From assembly GCA_050084985.1 (NCBI GenBank), contig JBITNC010000001.1:174034001-174098000 (forward strand): 64,000 bases of DNA, written 5' to 3'. The translations under genes and the position numbers were made by a program. This DNA is from Nageia nagi (Eukaryota; Plantae; Pinophyta). The notes beneath the pieces are model-generated. The model was not told the origin of the DNA. It made no database searches and saw nothing but the letters and a program-made list of their open reading frames with translations. Position 1 is the first letter of the stretch. Each line of letters opens with the position of its first letter. Below, one piece after another: positions 53,881 to 64,000 of this stretch.

Positions 53881-56800
53881 CAGTTTATCTTTGTTACATG
53901 GAGACTACAAATTAGAGGGCAACGAGGAGGGTCAAAGGTCTACAACGAAGGGAAACACTGCAACAAGAGTCATTTACGCAGGATAGAAGGTATCTAGAAG
54001 ATTGGAAAATAGGGTAACGTTGCAACAAGAGTTGTCTATGTTGGGAGTGGGGCCAAATGTGTTTGAACCAAGAGTCATTTATGTTGGAGGAGCGAATTAT
54101 TGAAGGCGTTTGTTGCATAGGGCAAAGTTGAAGCTCACACAATGCAACTACAGGCTACCAAGTAACATGTTAATGATTAATGGTGGCTAGAATATTGAAG
54201 AATAAAAAGAACATAAATTGGATTACCATAATCATGGAGTCATGAGTAGACCACCCACCATTAGAGTTGAGGAGAATATTTAACTACAAAAATAACAATT
54301 GCACACAATAGGCACTAGGAGTATGCTAGAATGGAGAACCAGCACTAGAGGGGAACAACAAAACTAGCAAGTTGTAGAAGTACTCAAGTGGAAGGCTAAG
54401 AGTTGGATGCTGAAATTCATTTATTCACTCTATTTAATAGGTGATTCTACATGCAAAAAAGTTGCGGATGGGGACATACATGCACATGAAAATTTTCCCA
54501 CACATGTTTCCTCTCATACGTCCCTTTCCAACATGATGTTCCAGCATGCAAGGCATTATTGGTGCCAGATCGAATTTTAGAAGAAATTTGTGAATTTATT
54601 TAGGATGGCTTGTAATTCGGTGTTTTTTTTATGAATAAAGTATGTAGAACTTAATAACATAGAATGTGTCCTAAGTACACAAAAGATTACCTACCAAACT
54701 CACATTTACTTTCCTTTAACAATAATTTCTCTTATTATAAAGTTTGGAGCACTTGTTTAAGATGCACTAAGTGTTCATCCCAAGATTGGTTATACACAAG
54801 AATACCATGTAAGTAAATAACAACAAAAGTTTAAGAACTTCATTCATTACCCTTATAAAGATGGCTAGTGCATTACACAAACTGGATGGAAGAACTAGCC
54901 ACTTAAACAAGCCTTGTCTTATCTTTAAGGTAATTTTCTAAATGTCCTAATTGATTCTCACTTAATGATATCCACTCCTAAGATCCAACTAGGAAAAATA
55001 TATTGGCCCCTGCAACTGATCCATAAGATCATCTATACAAAGCAATGGATAACAATTTTTTATTGTAATTTTGGTCAATGCCCTATAGTCAACACACATT
55101 CTCCATGATCCATACTTCTTGGCACCATGACAATAGGTGAACCACATGTAGGAGTGCTAGGTATAATCAACCCTTGATCAAAAAATTCCCATATTTGCTA
55201 CTTTATCTCCTCATGCTCCATAATTGACTACCTATAGAGTCCTATATTGGGATGAGGAGCATCGAGCAATGATTGAATTTCATGCTTAATGCTTGTATTT
55301 GGTTGCAACCCCCTTGGCTATGAAAATACCTCTTGAAACTCCTACACAAGAGCATGCACCTACTTCTATTGTTGACCCAACATGGACAATTCCTATAGTG
55401 CAAATGTTGACATACAATTTATCTTTAGTGTTAAGGTTGGTCCTTTGGAACCTTTGTCACTTGGACGAATCACTACAAGTACAAATTTTTGAATGGTATT
55501 AATGGGTCTCTTCAGCTACCTTGTTGTCACTAACTGCATTCACTTCTTTCTTCTATAGGTATTCACATTAAAGGCTTTTCCATCTTTTACTAGTCTATAT
55601 TGGTTTAGCCATAAAAAATAAATGGTATCTTTGTTAAACAGATACGGATTGCCAAACACAACACCACATATATATATAGGTATCAATATATTTTGTGTTA
55701 TTAGCAAACTTCAACTTACATTGTTTTATCACTTGTAACTTGGCATCATTGTGCATCCATTCCAAATAATATGGATGAGGTGGTTGTAAGTCTTCAATCC
55801 CAACTTATTCACCAATCTTTCAACAGTGAGATTGGCTTGTGAACCAAGGTCAAAGAATGAATTAATTATGGTTTTCTTGGATTTGATTTTGAGATGAAAG
55901 AGTTGTGTTCTTCTCTCCTCCACATTTTGATCCATAACATTATTTTTAACCTTTTGAATTAATGTACAAGTAATTTCATCATTCACTTCAAAGCTATCAT
56001 CAACATCCTCACTCTCGGTGATCACTACATTCTTCTTTTTCTAATTCTTCTTCTTATAAGGATACAATTATGGGTGAAGCTTCCAACATTTGGAATCAAC
56101 ATGCCCATCCTTGTCATAATGTGAACAATAACTTTTCTCATCATCTTTCTTGGTAGTGTTTGTGGTCTTCTTGTCCTACTGCTTTACCTTGAGATTTCCT
56201 CTTATCTTGATGACCCTTATGATTTTGATTTGTGTTGGAGTTACCACCTTGTTGCCTTTTATTCTCATCTTATTCCAAATATTGAGCTTACACACTCACT
56301 TGGTCATAATTTATTGGATTTAAAAACATTATGGTTCTTCTTAATGTGAATTTTGAATAATTTCATAAAAACATAACTTCCATATTATTGTATGAATATA
56401 CATAAATCAAGATTCAATGTACTTTAATACAAAACCACAAACAAGTTCATACATTAATAGATTTGTAATAATAACATCAAAATAGATCTAAATTATAAGC
56501 TTTATCATATTTTAATGGAGAGAGACATCACAACAAATAGTTTGTAGGAACTCTCGTAATGCATCAAGTATGGATCTCATGGATCCAATACAAATCCTAC
56601 TCCATTCATAATTCTACATGAAGAAACACATATTTATACTACTCATAGAAGATCAAGAGGTTTATGAACAGTTATAGATCCCACAACTAAAGAACTAAAG
56701 GTACAATTACAAATCAATTGGAAAATAATGCTTAAAACTAACAACAATTGAAGCATGATCATGTTTTTGGAATCCAATCATGTTTAGTAAGGAACGTGAT

Positions 56801-58076
56801 GGTAATTGTTTTTGGTATTGATGAAATATGGTGGTGACTACATTTCTAGGAAGAGACTTGTAAACTTGATCTTTAGCTCAAATTTTGATCTTCAAAAGGT
56901 CTTCATGCAATGTTAGCTTCCAACACTCAAATGGCTATGCAATCCTCCAACATACTTCATCAATACTTGTGGATCTTTGAGAGATATCCCAAGCAAGGTA
57001 GCTTGTTTCCTAAATTATGTAGTATAGTCTTGGACAAATTGGCCCCTTTATTATCTAAATTATTGCAATTTCATGAGTTATTTATTATGGTAACCTAATA
57101 GATAGAATTTCCCCCTAATTATCTTCTTGAACTCTCCCTATGAAGAAATAGGTGACATGTTTTCATGTTTAAGGTATTCCATATGGCTCTCCCACCAAAC
57201 TAATGCATGATCACCCATTTTTATTCTTACAAAGGAAATTTTTTGCTCATCACTAGACACACCCTATACTTGGAAATAAAACTTCAATTGCTTCAGCCAA
57301 TTATCTAACTTCTAAGCATTTGCATCTTCTCCTAATGTAGGTACTTCAACCTTTGCCTCTACCTTGTAAGGAACTACTGAAGAAAATGTATACATCATTC
57401 AAACCTCTTTCCCTATTCTCAGCTTATTTTTGTCTATGCTACTCATTTCCAAACTATCTATCCTTTAACATCATCTCTATGAGTCTACTAAGATTATTTT
57501 CCATGAGTAAAAATATTCTCTCAAATTTTGATGGTGGCATGGATATACCATGTCTAGCTTTGTTAGACTATTATTTTCCACCTTCCATGGAAGAATTTTC
57601 CTTTCTCCTAATATTAGAATTTGAATGGAACTAACTTGGGATTTTGATATCTTCTACCCTACATACACAAGTCTCTAAAACAAAATCCAACTCATCTTTG
57701 ATACCACGTGATATGTAATCATCTAAAGCCTATGGCTTAGTAGGATTTTCAAACACAAATTTCTTAAACCTTTTAATTAGTTATTTCCTATGCTAACAAT
57801 TATATATATATAATTTCCAAATACTGAAAAAAAAAGTAATAAAAGTAAAATAAACTTACAAAACACACACACAAGATTGACACAATAATTTATAATGGTT
57901 TCTTTAAATGTGAGAGCACATCCACTTCAACTAGTCCCAACTCATTTAAATTAATTAAATGGAGAAATTACAAAGATAAGGCAAAACTATTATTGCCTTC
58001 AACAACATCAACTTCAGCTCCTATTATCTTCAAAAACTCCTCCTTAACTAGCTATATCAGGTCTGCAACTTGTAAT

Positions 58077-58652
58077 TGAGAAGTATAATCTTGCTTTCAT
58101 TGATTAAAAAATGAAATCCTAAATATAGACTCAAATAAATATAAAATCAAGTTGGATAATCATTGTTAGAATTTGTAATGAAATATTGTGAATATCTAGA
58201 CTCCTTGTAAATTCAATTAATCACTTAAGGGTATGTAGATACCTTAAGTGATTAATAGAATTCTTTAATGTATAGACTTTGACTTTACCAAAGGAGTTAG
58301 TTGGTAGGTTGAAGTTTGGTGGTACATTTAATGTAACCCTAACCTTACCCTTGGGTTAAAGGAAGGTTAGGGAGGTGTTCTCAACCTATAAATAGAGGGC
58401 CTCTCCTCATGTAAACATATCTAAGTTTTGAGTAAGATTACTCTACTTGGTTGTGTAGGAGAGAGCTAGAGAATAGTTGTAAGAGAGACATAGATTTGAG
58501 AATAAGAGGACTAGTTGTGGATGTACTCCCAAGGAGGGAGGAACCACATTATATTGATGTGTTATCTTGAGTGATTGTGTTATCTTGTGTACATTTGAGT
58601 TTCCTAGTCTAAGGTCCTAGAGGATTTGTTTAGATATAGTTCAAATCCTTCA
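58077..58652 (+). repeat. Copia 5' LTR (576 bp)
   Basis: Begins exactly where homology to the gypsy LTR stops; ends two bases before the PBS. Confidence 0.8.
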
Positions 58653-59777
58653 GTTGGTATCAGAGCCTTGTTGTGGAAGCTCTACTTCTTGGTGTTGAAG
58701 CTCTCCACGTTGAGGAAGCTCTTTTGGTGTGGAAGCTACATCGTGGAAGTGCTTCATCCTTCTCAACTTTGGAGATCTTCATTCTTCATTGTGAGGTAAA
58801 AGGTTTGCAAAGGTATAACCTTCTATCCTTCTTTAACAAAGTTCATTATGATACTAATCTTTTGTATGATTATGCTAGCTCAATGTCTTAGCAATACCAT
58901 AATATATTTTTGCTATTCTCTTCTTACTAACAAACTTTTATGTTAGTAATCTAATTTTAATGTACAAAGAAATTTTTTTTTCTTTTGAGCAAAAATATAT
59001 TATGCTAGCATCTTATTGAAAAGATTTTTTACAATAGTCTTTTGTGAACAATATCAAAAAAAAAAAAAAGGAGGAAGGTGCAATTTTTTTTCATATTTTA
59101 TTGTTGAAATAAAGTGGAGGACTTTATTTACAAGTTTTTTTTTTGAAATATTTACACAATTTTGTTTTTTAACTTGGTTAAAACAAAATTATATATATAT
59201 ATATATATATTTCTTATTTTGTTTTTAACTTTAAAACAAAATTATATATATATATATATATATTTTTAAATCTATTTAAAATAACAAAATATATGTATAT
59301 TTTTTTAATTTTACATCTGTTTAAAATGTAATTAACAAAAATATATGTATATTTTTTATTATTTTCAAATCGTTTAAAATGTAATCAAACGTATATATAT
59401 ATTTTTGATTTTTTAAAAATCTGTTTCACAAATAATCAAAAATATATAAATTTCGGGGGGGTCATTAGCTAAAAATTAAATCAAAATTATATTTGGGGGT
59501 CCAATTACATTAATTAAAATTAAATCCAATTTGAAAATACGGGGGGGGGGGGGTCAAATAATCCACACTACCGCCACTCCTCCTCCACGCACGCGCACCA
59601 CCGCTTCTCCTCCCGGCCACCTCTTCCTCCGCCCACGCGACGCCGCCGCCCTCCTCCCTGGTGGCTTCGCCCTGTTGCAGACAACGTTTCTACTGGTGGC
59701 TCCTCCCGTAGGCATCTCTGTCCCTCGACTGCCTCCACTTCTCCGCTTACCTCCCCGCGTGCCCTAACGAATACGTG

Positions 59778-60190
59778 ATGCCGAAAGCAGACTGGTTTCG
59801 TGGTTGCTATGCATGTAGGATATGCCCAACATGAACTGTCATGCATACTGCCGCCTGGTTTCATAGACAACAATGAACACAGGATCTGCCCCGCAGCCTC
59901 CTCCCTCACCAAATCACCAGATCTGCAGATCACGTCTCAACTTCCACGCTCGCCTAAGGTTTGACAGTGGAAGCAGCCATGTCGTCCGTGGGACAGAAGC
60001 TCGTAAACGATGTAAAGGATGGTGTCACCGAGTTCATTAAATGCGTACGTTGAAAGCAGCCACCGTTGCATGGCCTTCAATGATCGCAGCATATGCACCA
60101 CCTGCACTCACCGAGACAGCCTGCGCAGTGTTTGAAAAGATGCATGGTGTAGACCCTGTTTTATGGCTGACCTGATCGTCGGCTATGCCC
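59778..60190 (+). pseudogene. PLS-class PPR gene fragments inside the copia leader
   Basis: MPKAD/LVSW/AMHVGYAQHE (59778-59836, two frameshifts) and VAWPSMIAAYA...ETACAVFEKMHGVDPVLW/LIVGYA (60041-60190), with 31-aa Trp spacing. Confidence 0.65.
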
Positions 60191-60620
60191 CGCCAGTCAT
60201 CCCCGCCAACCTCTGCCCCTCTCATCTCCGCGACTTGGGTGGTCAACCACGCGGCCTCCGCCCGCCACTACCCACGTGGCTTACCGCTCCTACGCATGCC
60301 CTTTCCATTTTTTTTCAAACTTTGTTTGCGCCTTTAATTTTTTTTACCTACACCACCTGATCTTCTTAAATACATTTTTGACTACTTGCATATTTTCATT
60401 GCACTTTCAAGAGCAAAGAGGGGGGGGTCATCATTTTTAACTCCAAAGTATTTACTTGTTTATTGACTTAGGAATATTTTTACTTCCAAAAGGGGGTCAT
60501 ATGCACTCTCTAAGCATGCTTAAAAGGGATAAACATTTAAGTAAAAAGGGGGGGCCTTGGTATAAATTTTTTTTACTTAAATTGTATCTAGATGCATGTA
60601 TCTTATTTGAAGACTAAATC

Positions 60621-60847
60621 ATGCTTAGGACTTAAATTTGTAATGCATGATGCATGCTTACTTAAATTTTAAGTCATGATAGAATGCATAAGTATGCTTA
60701 GGACTTAAATTTTTAATGCATGATGCATGCTTACTTAAATTTTAAGTCATGATAGAATGCATGTTATAAGTATGCTTAGGACTTAAATGTTTAATGCATG
60801 ATGCATGCTTACTTAAATTTTTAAGTCATGATACAATGCATGTTATG
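60621..60847. repeat. 73-78-bp tandem repeat, 3 copies, in the copia leader
   Basis: ATGCTTAGGACTTAAAT...AATGCATGATGCATGCTTACTTAAATTTTAAGTCATGATA starting at 60621, 60694 and 60772. Confidence 0.9.
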
Positions 60848-61650
60848 AATTAAATACTAAGTAGGACTTAGTTCTTTGTTTAATTCATTAAGTGCTTGAA
60901 TTAAGTGAGAAAAATATGAACAATGTAAAAGTCCTTTAGGGGTTAGAACAAAACCCATTGGACTCAATTTTTGGCCTCTTAAGGTTTCAAGTTTGTGTGG
61001 ATGGAGTATTTTTCACCTTACTTTATATTTTTTGCACATTTGCTTATACTTGTAATACGCAAAAATGTGAAAAGTAACCCCTAAAATGAATACATCCGCA
61101 CGTATTTTCCACAACATGACTTGTTTGGGGAGACCATGAGGTGAGGACAGGGCAGACTGGAGCCCTTTTAGTCCGAAGAACCAAGTGGTGGTAAGTCCGT
61201 CTTAATTGCCCCTAAGACCTCTGTTGGATTGGACATAACTCTATTAGGTGGACAGGCATGTGTGTAGTGATACCACATGTCCGCACGTCCATTCAGGGAT
61301 TATCCTGATAACCTAGGAGGAAAACTGAAACCCTTAATCAAGATAATTAAAATGGCCGGTCCAAGATACGTCGGATCCTTGGAAAATAGTAGGTACTTCT
61401 CCTTGTGAGAGTATATCACTGACCAAGGTGAACTGGTTGAGGACTGGTAGTACCTGGGCTCCACCTTGCGGGCATCCAGGTGAAGGCCTAATTCTATACA
61501 AGAAAACAACCCCAACTTTATCCTTCTATGGATCGTGGTTAATGAGTTTACACATGTGGGACATGTTTGCTTATTAGATGTTTTATATGTATAGATGGAA
61601 AAATTGTAAAAGTTTACATTCTTATTGCATATTTATTGTTTTTTGTAGCA

Positions 61651-63102
61651 ATGGTTGAAACCTTCGTTCCCAAGCACATACTCGATGGTTCCAACTTTGG
61701 AATATGGGAACCACGTATGAAAGTCGAGTTACAAGCAAGAAAGCTATGGCAGATAGTTAGTGAAGATGCGGTTGCTCCTACCGATGAGAAGGCTCTTGAA
61801 GTATACAACTCAAAGAATGAGTTAGCAACTTCTATGATTTACCGTGCAGTTTCAGATGATGTCCTTCTCATGATTTCTTCATCAACTTTAGCAAAGGAAG
61901 CTTGGGATAGGTTAAAGAAAATCTACCTTGGGTCCAAATTTTCAAGGAGGTTTACCATTCTACAAAAGTTGTTGCAGTATCGACAAAGTGAAGATGAAAG
62001 TGCCTCCATCTACTTAAACAAAATCATTGACCTCAGGACACAACTGGTTGGTTGTGGGTGCAACTGGATCAATGATGAGTTCATGGTCTTCATCATTCTA
62101 CAAAGCCTTACTTCAAAGTTCAGCAACTTTGTCACAGTTATGGAAACAAGGCTCGATGATGAAGAAGATGTCATCTCACTCTATAACCTTTCAAGACTTC
62201 TTCTAAAGCATGAGGAAACTTTGAACAAGAAAATGTTGAACCTTTCTCCAAAGGACCATAACATTGCTCTAGGAGCAACCAAAACTCCTTTCAAGAAAAA
62301 GTTCAAACATTACAAATTCAAAGACAACAAGTCCTCATCTACCTTCAGGAAGTATGACAAAAAGGGCAACAACAACAACAATCATGGCAACTACAGGCAC
62401 AGGAATGATAAAGCAGGATCAAGCAATCCAACACCTCAAGAAAAGTTTGATGGGAATTGTAACTTCTGTGGCATCTTTGGGCACAAAGAGTATGATTGTC
62501 GCAAAAAGAAATTTGCTCAAAAAGGAAAGGGAAATGCAAATGTGAGAAATTTCAATAATAAAAAGAAGAACAAGCATGCTGCTTCTGTTGCCTACTCCTC
62601 AATGACTCAAACTATTTCAAATGATTGGATTGTTGATACAGGATGCACTAATCACATGTGTTATGAAAAAGATAAGTTTGAAAACTTTCATAAGTACAAA
62701 AAGGATGCATTTGTGATAGGTGATAATACAGTCCTTGATGTTCACGGAATAGGAAGTGTGAAGATTCATGGAAAGACTCTTGAAAATGTCTTTTATGTGC
62801 CTAAACTAAGGATGAATCTCATCTCCGTGATTCAAATTACAAGGAAAGGATGCTCCTTTGAGTTTACCTCACACTCTTGGTGTGTTAAGAAAGGACTTGC
62901 CACTTTGATGAAAGGAGCAATCAAGAATGACCTTTATATTGTGGATCAAATGCCTTCAAAGATTTGTCTTGCTACAAATGTTTGTTCAAAAGGTAATCTT
63001 TGGCATCAACGATTAGGACACCTTAACCACAAGAGTATTCAAGCTATGAAGAGTGTAAATATGCTGCAATACCTGTTTCTCCTGGAATCGTTGTATCACT
63101 GA
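61651..63102 (+). CDS. Copia Gag-protease polyprotein, truncated after the GAG-pre-integrase domain
   Basis: ATG 61651; LDGSNFGIWEPRMK; CNFCGIFGHKEYDC zinc knuckle; WIVDTGCTNHM protease; LWHQRLGHLN; no internal stops. Confidence 0.85.
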   Translation: MVETFVPKHILDGSNFGIWEPRMKVELQARKLWQIVSEDAVAPTDEKALEVYNSKNELATSMIYRAVSDDVLLMISSSTLAKEAWDRLKKIYLGSKFSRRFTILQKLLQYRQSEDESASIYLNKIIDLRTQLVGCGCNWINDEFMVFIILQSLTSKFSNFVTVMETRLDDEEDVISLYNLSRLLLKHEETLNKKMLNLSPKDHNIALGATKTPFKKKFKHYKFKDNKSSSTFRKYDKKGNNNNNHGNYRHRNDKAGSSNPTPQEKFDGNCNFCGIFGHKEYDCRKKKFAQKGKGNANVRNFNNKKKNKHAASVAYSSMTQTISNDWIVDTGCTNHMCYEKDKFENFHKYKKDAFVIGDNTVLDVHGIGSVKIHGKTLENVFYVPKLRMNLISVIQITRKGCSFEFTSHSWCVKKGLATLMKGAIKNDLYIVDQMPSKICLATNVCSKGNLWHQRLGHLNHKSIQAMKSVNMLQYLFLLESLYH

Positions 63103-63815
63103 GCTCAGATTCTCAGTTGGCTGATGCTACAGCTTATAGACAATTGATTGGTAGTCTTCTGTATCTGACTATCTCTCGTCCTGATATTGCCTTTGCAGTG
63201 AATCTGATGGCACGATTCATGCAAATACCATATGTTGAACACCTCAATGCTGTTAAGCAAATCTTGAGGTATGTCGCAAGGACAAAGGATCTTGCTCTTA
63301 AGTATTCCAAAGTGCCCTCGATTGTTCTCTCAGGGTTCTCAGATTCTGATTATGGGGGAGATCGAGATGATAGAAAATCAACCTCTGCATATGTGTTTAG
63401 CATTGGTTCAGGTGCTATCTCTTGGGCTTCCAAGAAGCAACCTACTGTGACTCTTTCTACCACCGAAGCCGAATATCGAGCCATGTCTGTTGCCACCCAA
63501 GAAGCTATTTGGCTAAGACATCTTCTGAACGAAATTGGGTCTACGCAAAATGGCCCATCTCTTATTTCATCAGATAATCAATCGGCTATCTCTTTGGCTA
63601 AGAATCCTGTGTTCCATCAGCGAACCAAACATGTAGAAATCCAAGCTCATTTTATCAGGGAGAAGGTTCTAGATGACATCATACACTTGCAGTATTGTCC
63701 ATCTACTGACAACTCCGCTGATTTGTTCACCAAGCCCCTTCCTGAAGCTCAGTTCTGCAAGCTTAGGGATTCTCTAGGGTTGGTGAAGTTGCCCTCAAGG
63801 GGGAGTGAAGTTTAA
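63050..63815 (+). pseudogene. Copia RT C-terminal tail and intact RNase H, out of frame with gag
   Basis: ECKYAAIPVSPG...YRQLIGSLLYLTISRPDI; FSDSDYGG; STTEAEY; SDNQSAI; HQRTKHVE; ADLFTKPL. Confidence 0.88.
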
Positions 63816-63875
63816 ACTTTTGTTAGTGATGACAACTTCACCTCTAAGAGGCCTTTTTTGATTGTACATTCTAGA

Positions 63876-63990
63876 CCTCCGTGGTAAGTTTGCTCTGCGT
63901 GACAAACTTGTTGTACAATTGTTGTTATAGAGTGTTGATTATTTTATACCTCAGTGGTAAGTTTGCTCTGCGTGACAAACTTGTTGTACA
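63876..63990. repeat. ~42-bp direct repeats in the copia 3' region
   Basis: CCTC(C/A)GTGGTAAGTTTGCTCTGCGTGACAAACTTGTTGTACA at ~63876 and ~63949; the array may continue past the window end. Confidence 0.85.
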
Positions 63991-64000
63991 TTTTATACCT

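Larger units (their letters stand above)
51303..54662 (-). mobile_element. hAT DNA transposon (3360 bp) with a decayed transposase
   Basis: 16-bp TIRs CTAAGTTATCAAGTTC / GAACTTAATAACATAG (14/16); perfect 8-bp TSD AATGTGTC (51295-51302 / 54663-54670). Confidence 0.92.
45905..58076 (-). mobile_element. Old Ty3/gypsy LTR retrotransposon with multiple nested insertions; 5' LTR interrupted by the copia element
   Basis: 3' LTR 45905-46807 (TGATC...GATCA; PPT reverse complement at 46808-46816) is homologous to 57709-58076. PBS reverse complement CTTTGATACCA at 57696-57706. Gag KLDNWLKQL...ALVWWES (~57190-57310); PR FDLGSQAN; RT 54670-55250 and 51200-51300; RH ~50700-51050; INT ~47000-48100. Confidence 0.85.
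58077..64000 (+). mobile_element. Young Ty1/copia element with a ~3-kb leader and an internal deletion of integrase and most of RT; 3' LTR beyond the window
   Basis: 5' LTR 58077-58652 (TGA...TCA; CTATAAATAG at 58386); PBS TGGTATCAGAGCC at 58655-58667; gag-PR ORF; RT tail and RH. Inserted into the gypsy 5' LTR after GTAAT. Confidence 0.88.

Noticed and set aside
59531-60360. GC-rich ORFs (59568..59933 -, 60037..60246 -, 59531..59767 +) as real genes
   Set aside because: Low-complexity products of high GC; the recognisable signal is frameshifted PPR motifs on the + strand.
63796-63815. AAGGGGGAG-TG as PPT plus start of the 3' LTR
   Set aside because: The following sequence (TGAAGTTTAAAC) does not match the 5' LTR start (TGAGAAGTATAATC); the real 3' LTR is presumed outside the window.

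Overview
Eukaryotic plant nuclear DNA, AT-rich and dominated by transposable elements. The huge TE-filled introns and element types suggest a gymnosperm; this is an inference. Two host genes lie on the + strand. (1) The last two exons of a C2-domain CAR-like gene (8311-8406 and 26436-26732), separated by an 18-kb intron; exon 1 was not found and is presumed upstream of the window. (2) A complete, compact 4-exon CRR6 gene (39876-41548, 259 aa, chloroplast NDH assembly factor). The CAR intron holds a three-level nest with both inner levels delimited by TSDs: old Ty3/gypsy < solo LTR (TSD CATCC) < full-length chromovirus (15842-22472, TSD GTGTA). The right third is an old minus-strand gypsy element invaded by a hAT transposon (8-bp TSD), other insertions and a young Ty1/copia derivative. 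That copia lacks integrase and most of RT and carries PPR-gene-like fragments in its 3-kb leader. Other notable items: an antisense accessory ORF preceded by a regularly spaced palindrome array in the first LTR element, a second accessory ORF, and a 550-bp fold-back Mutator-like element about 240 bp upstream of CRR6. No rRNA, tRNA or CRISPR was found. All analysis was by eye; no searches were run.
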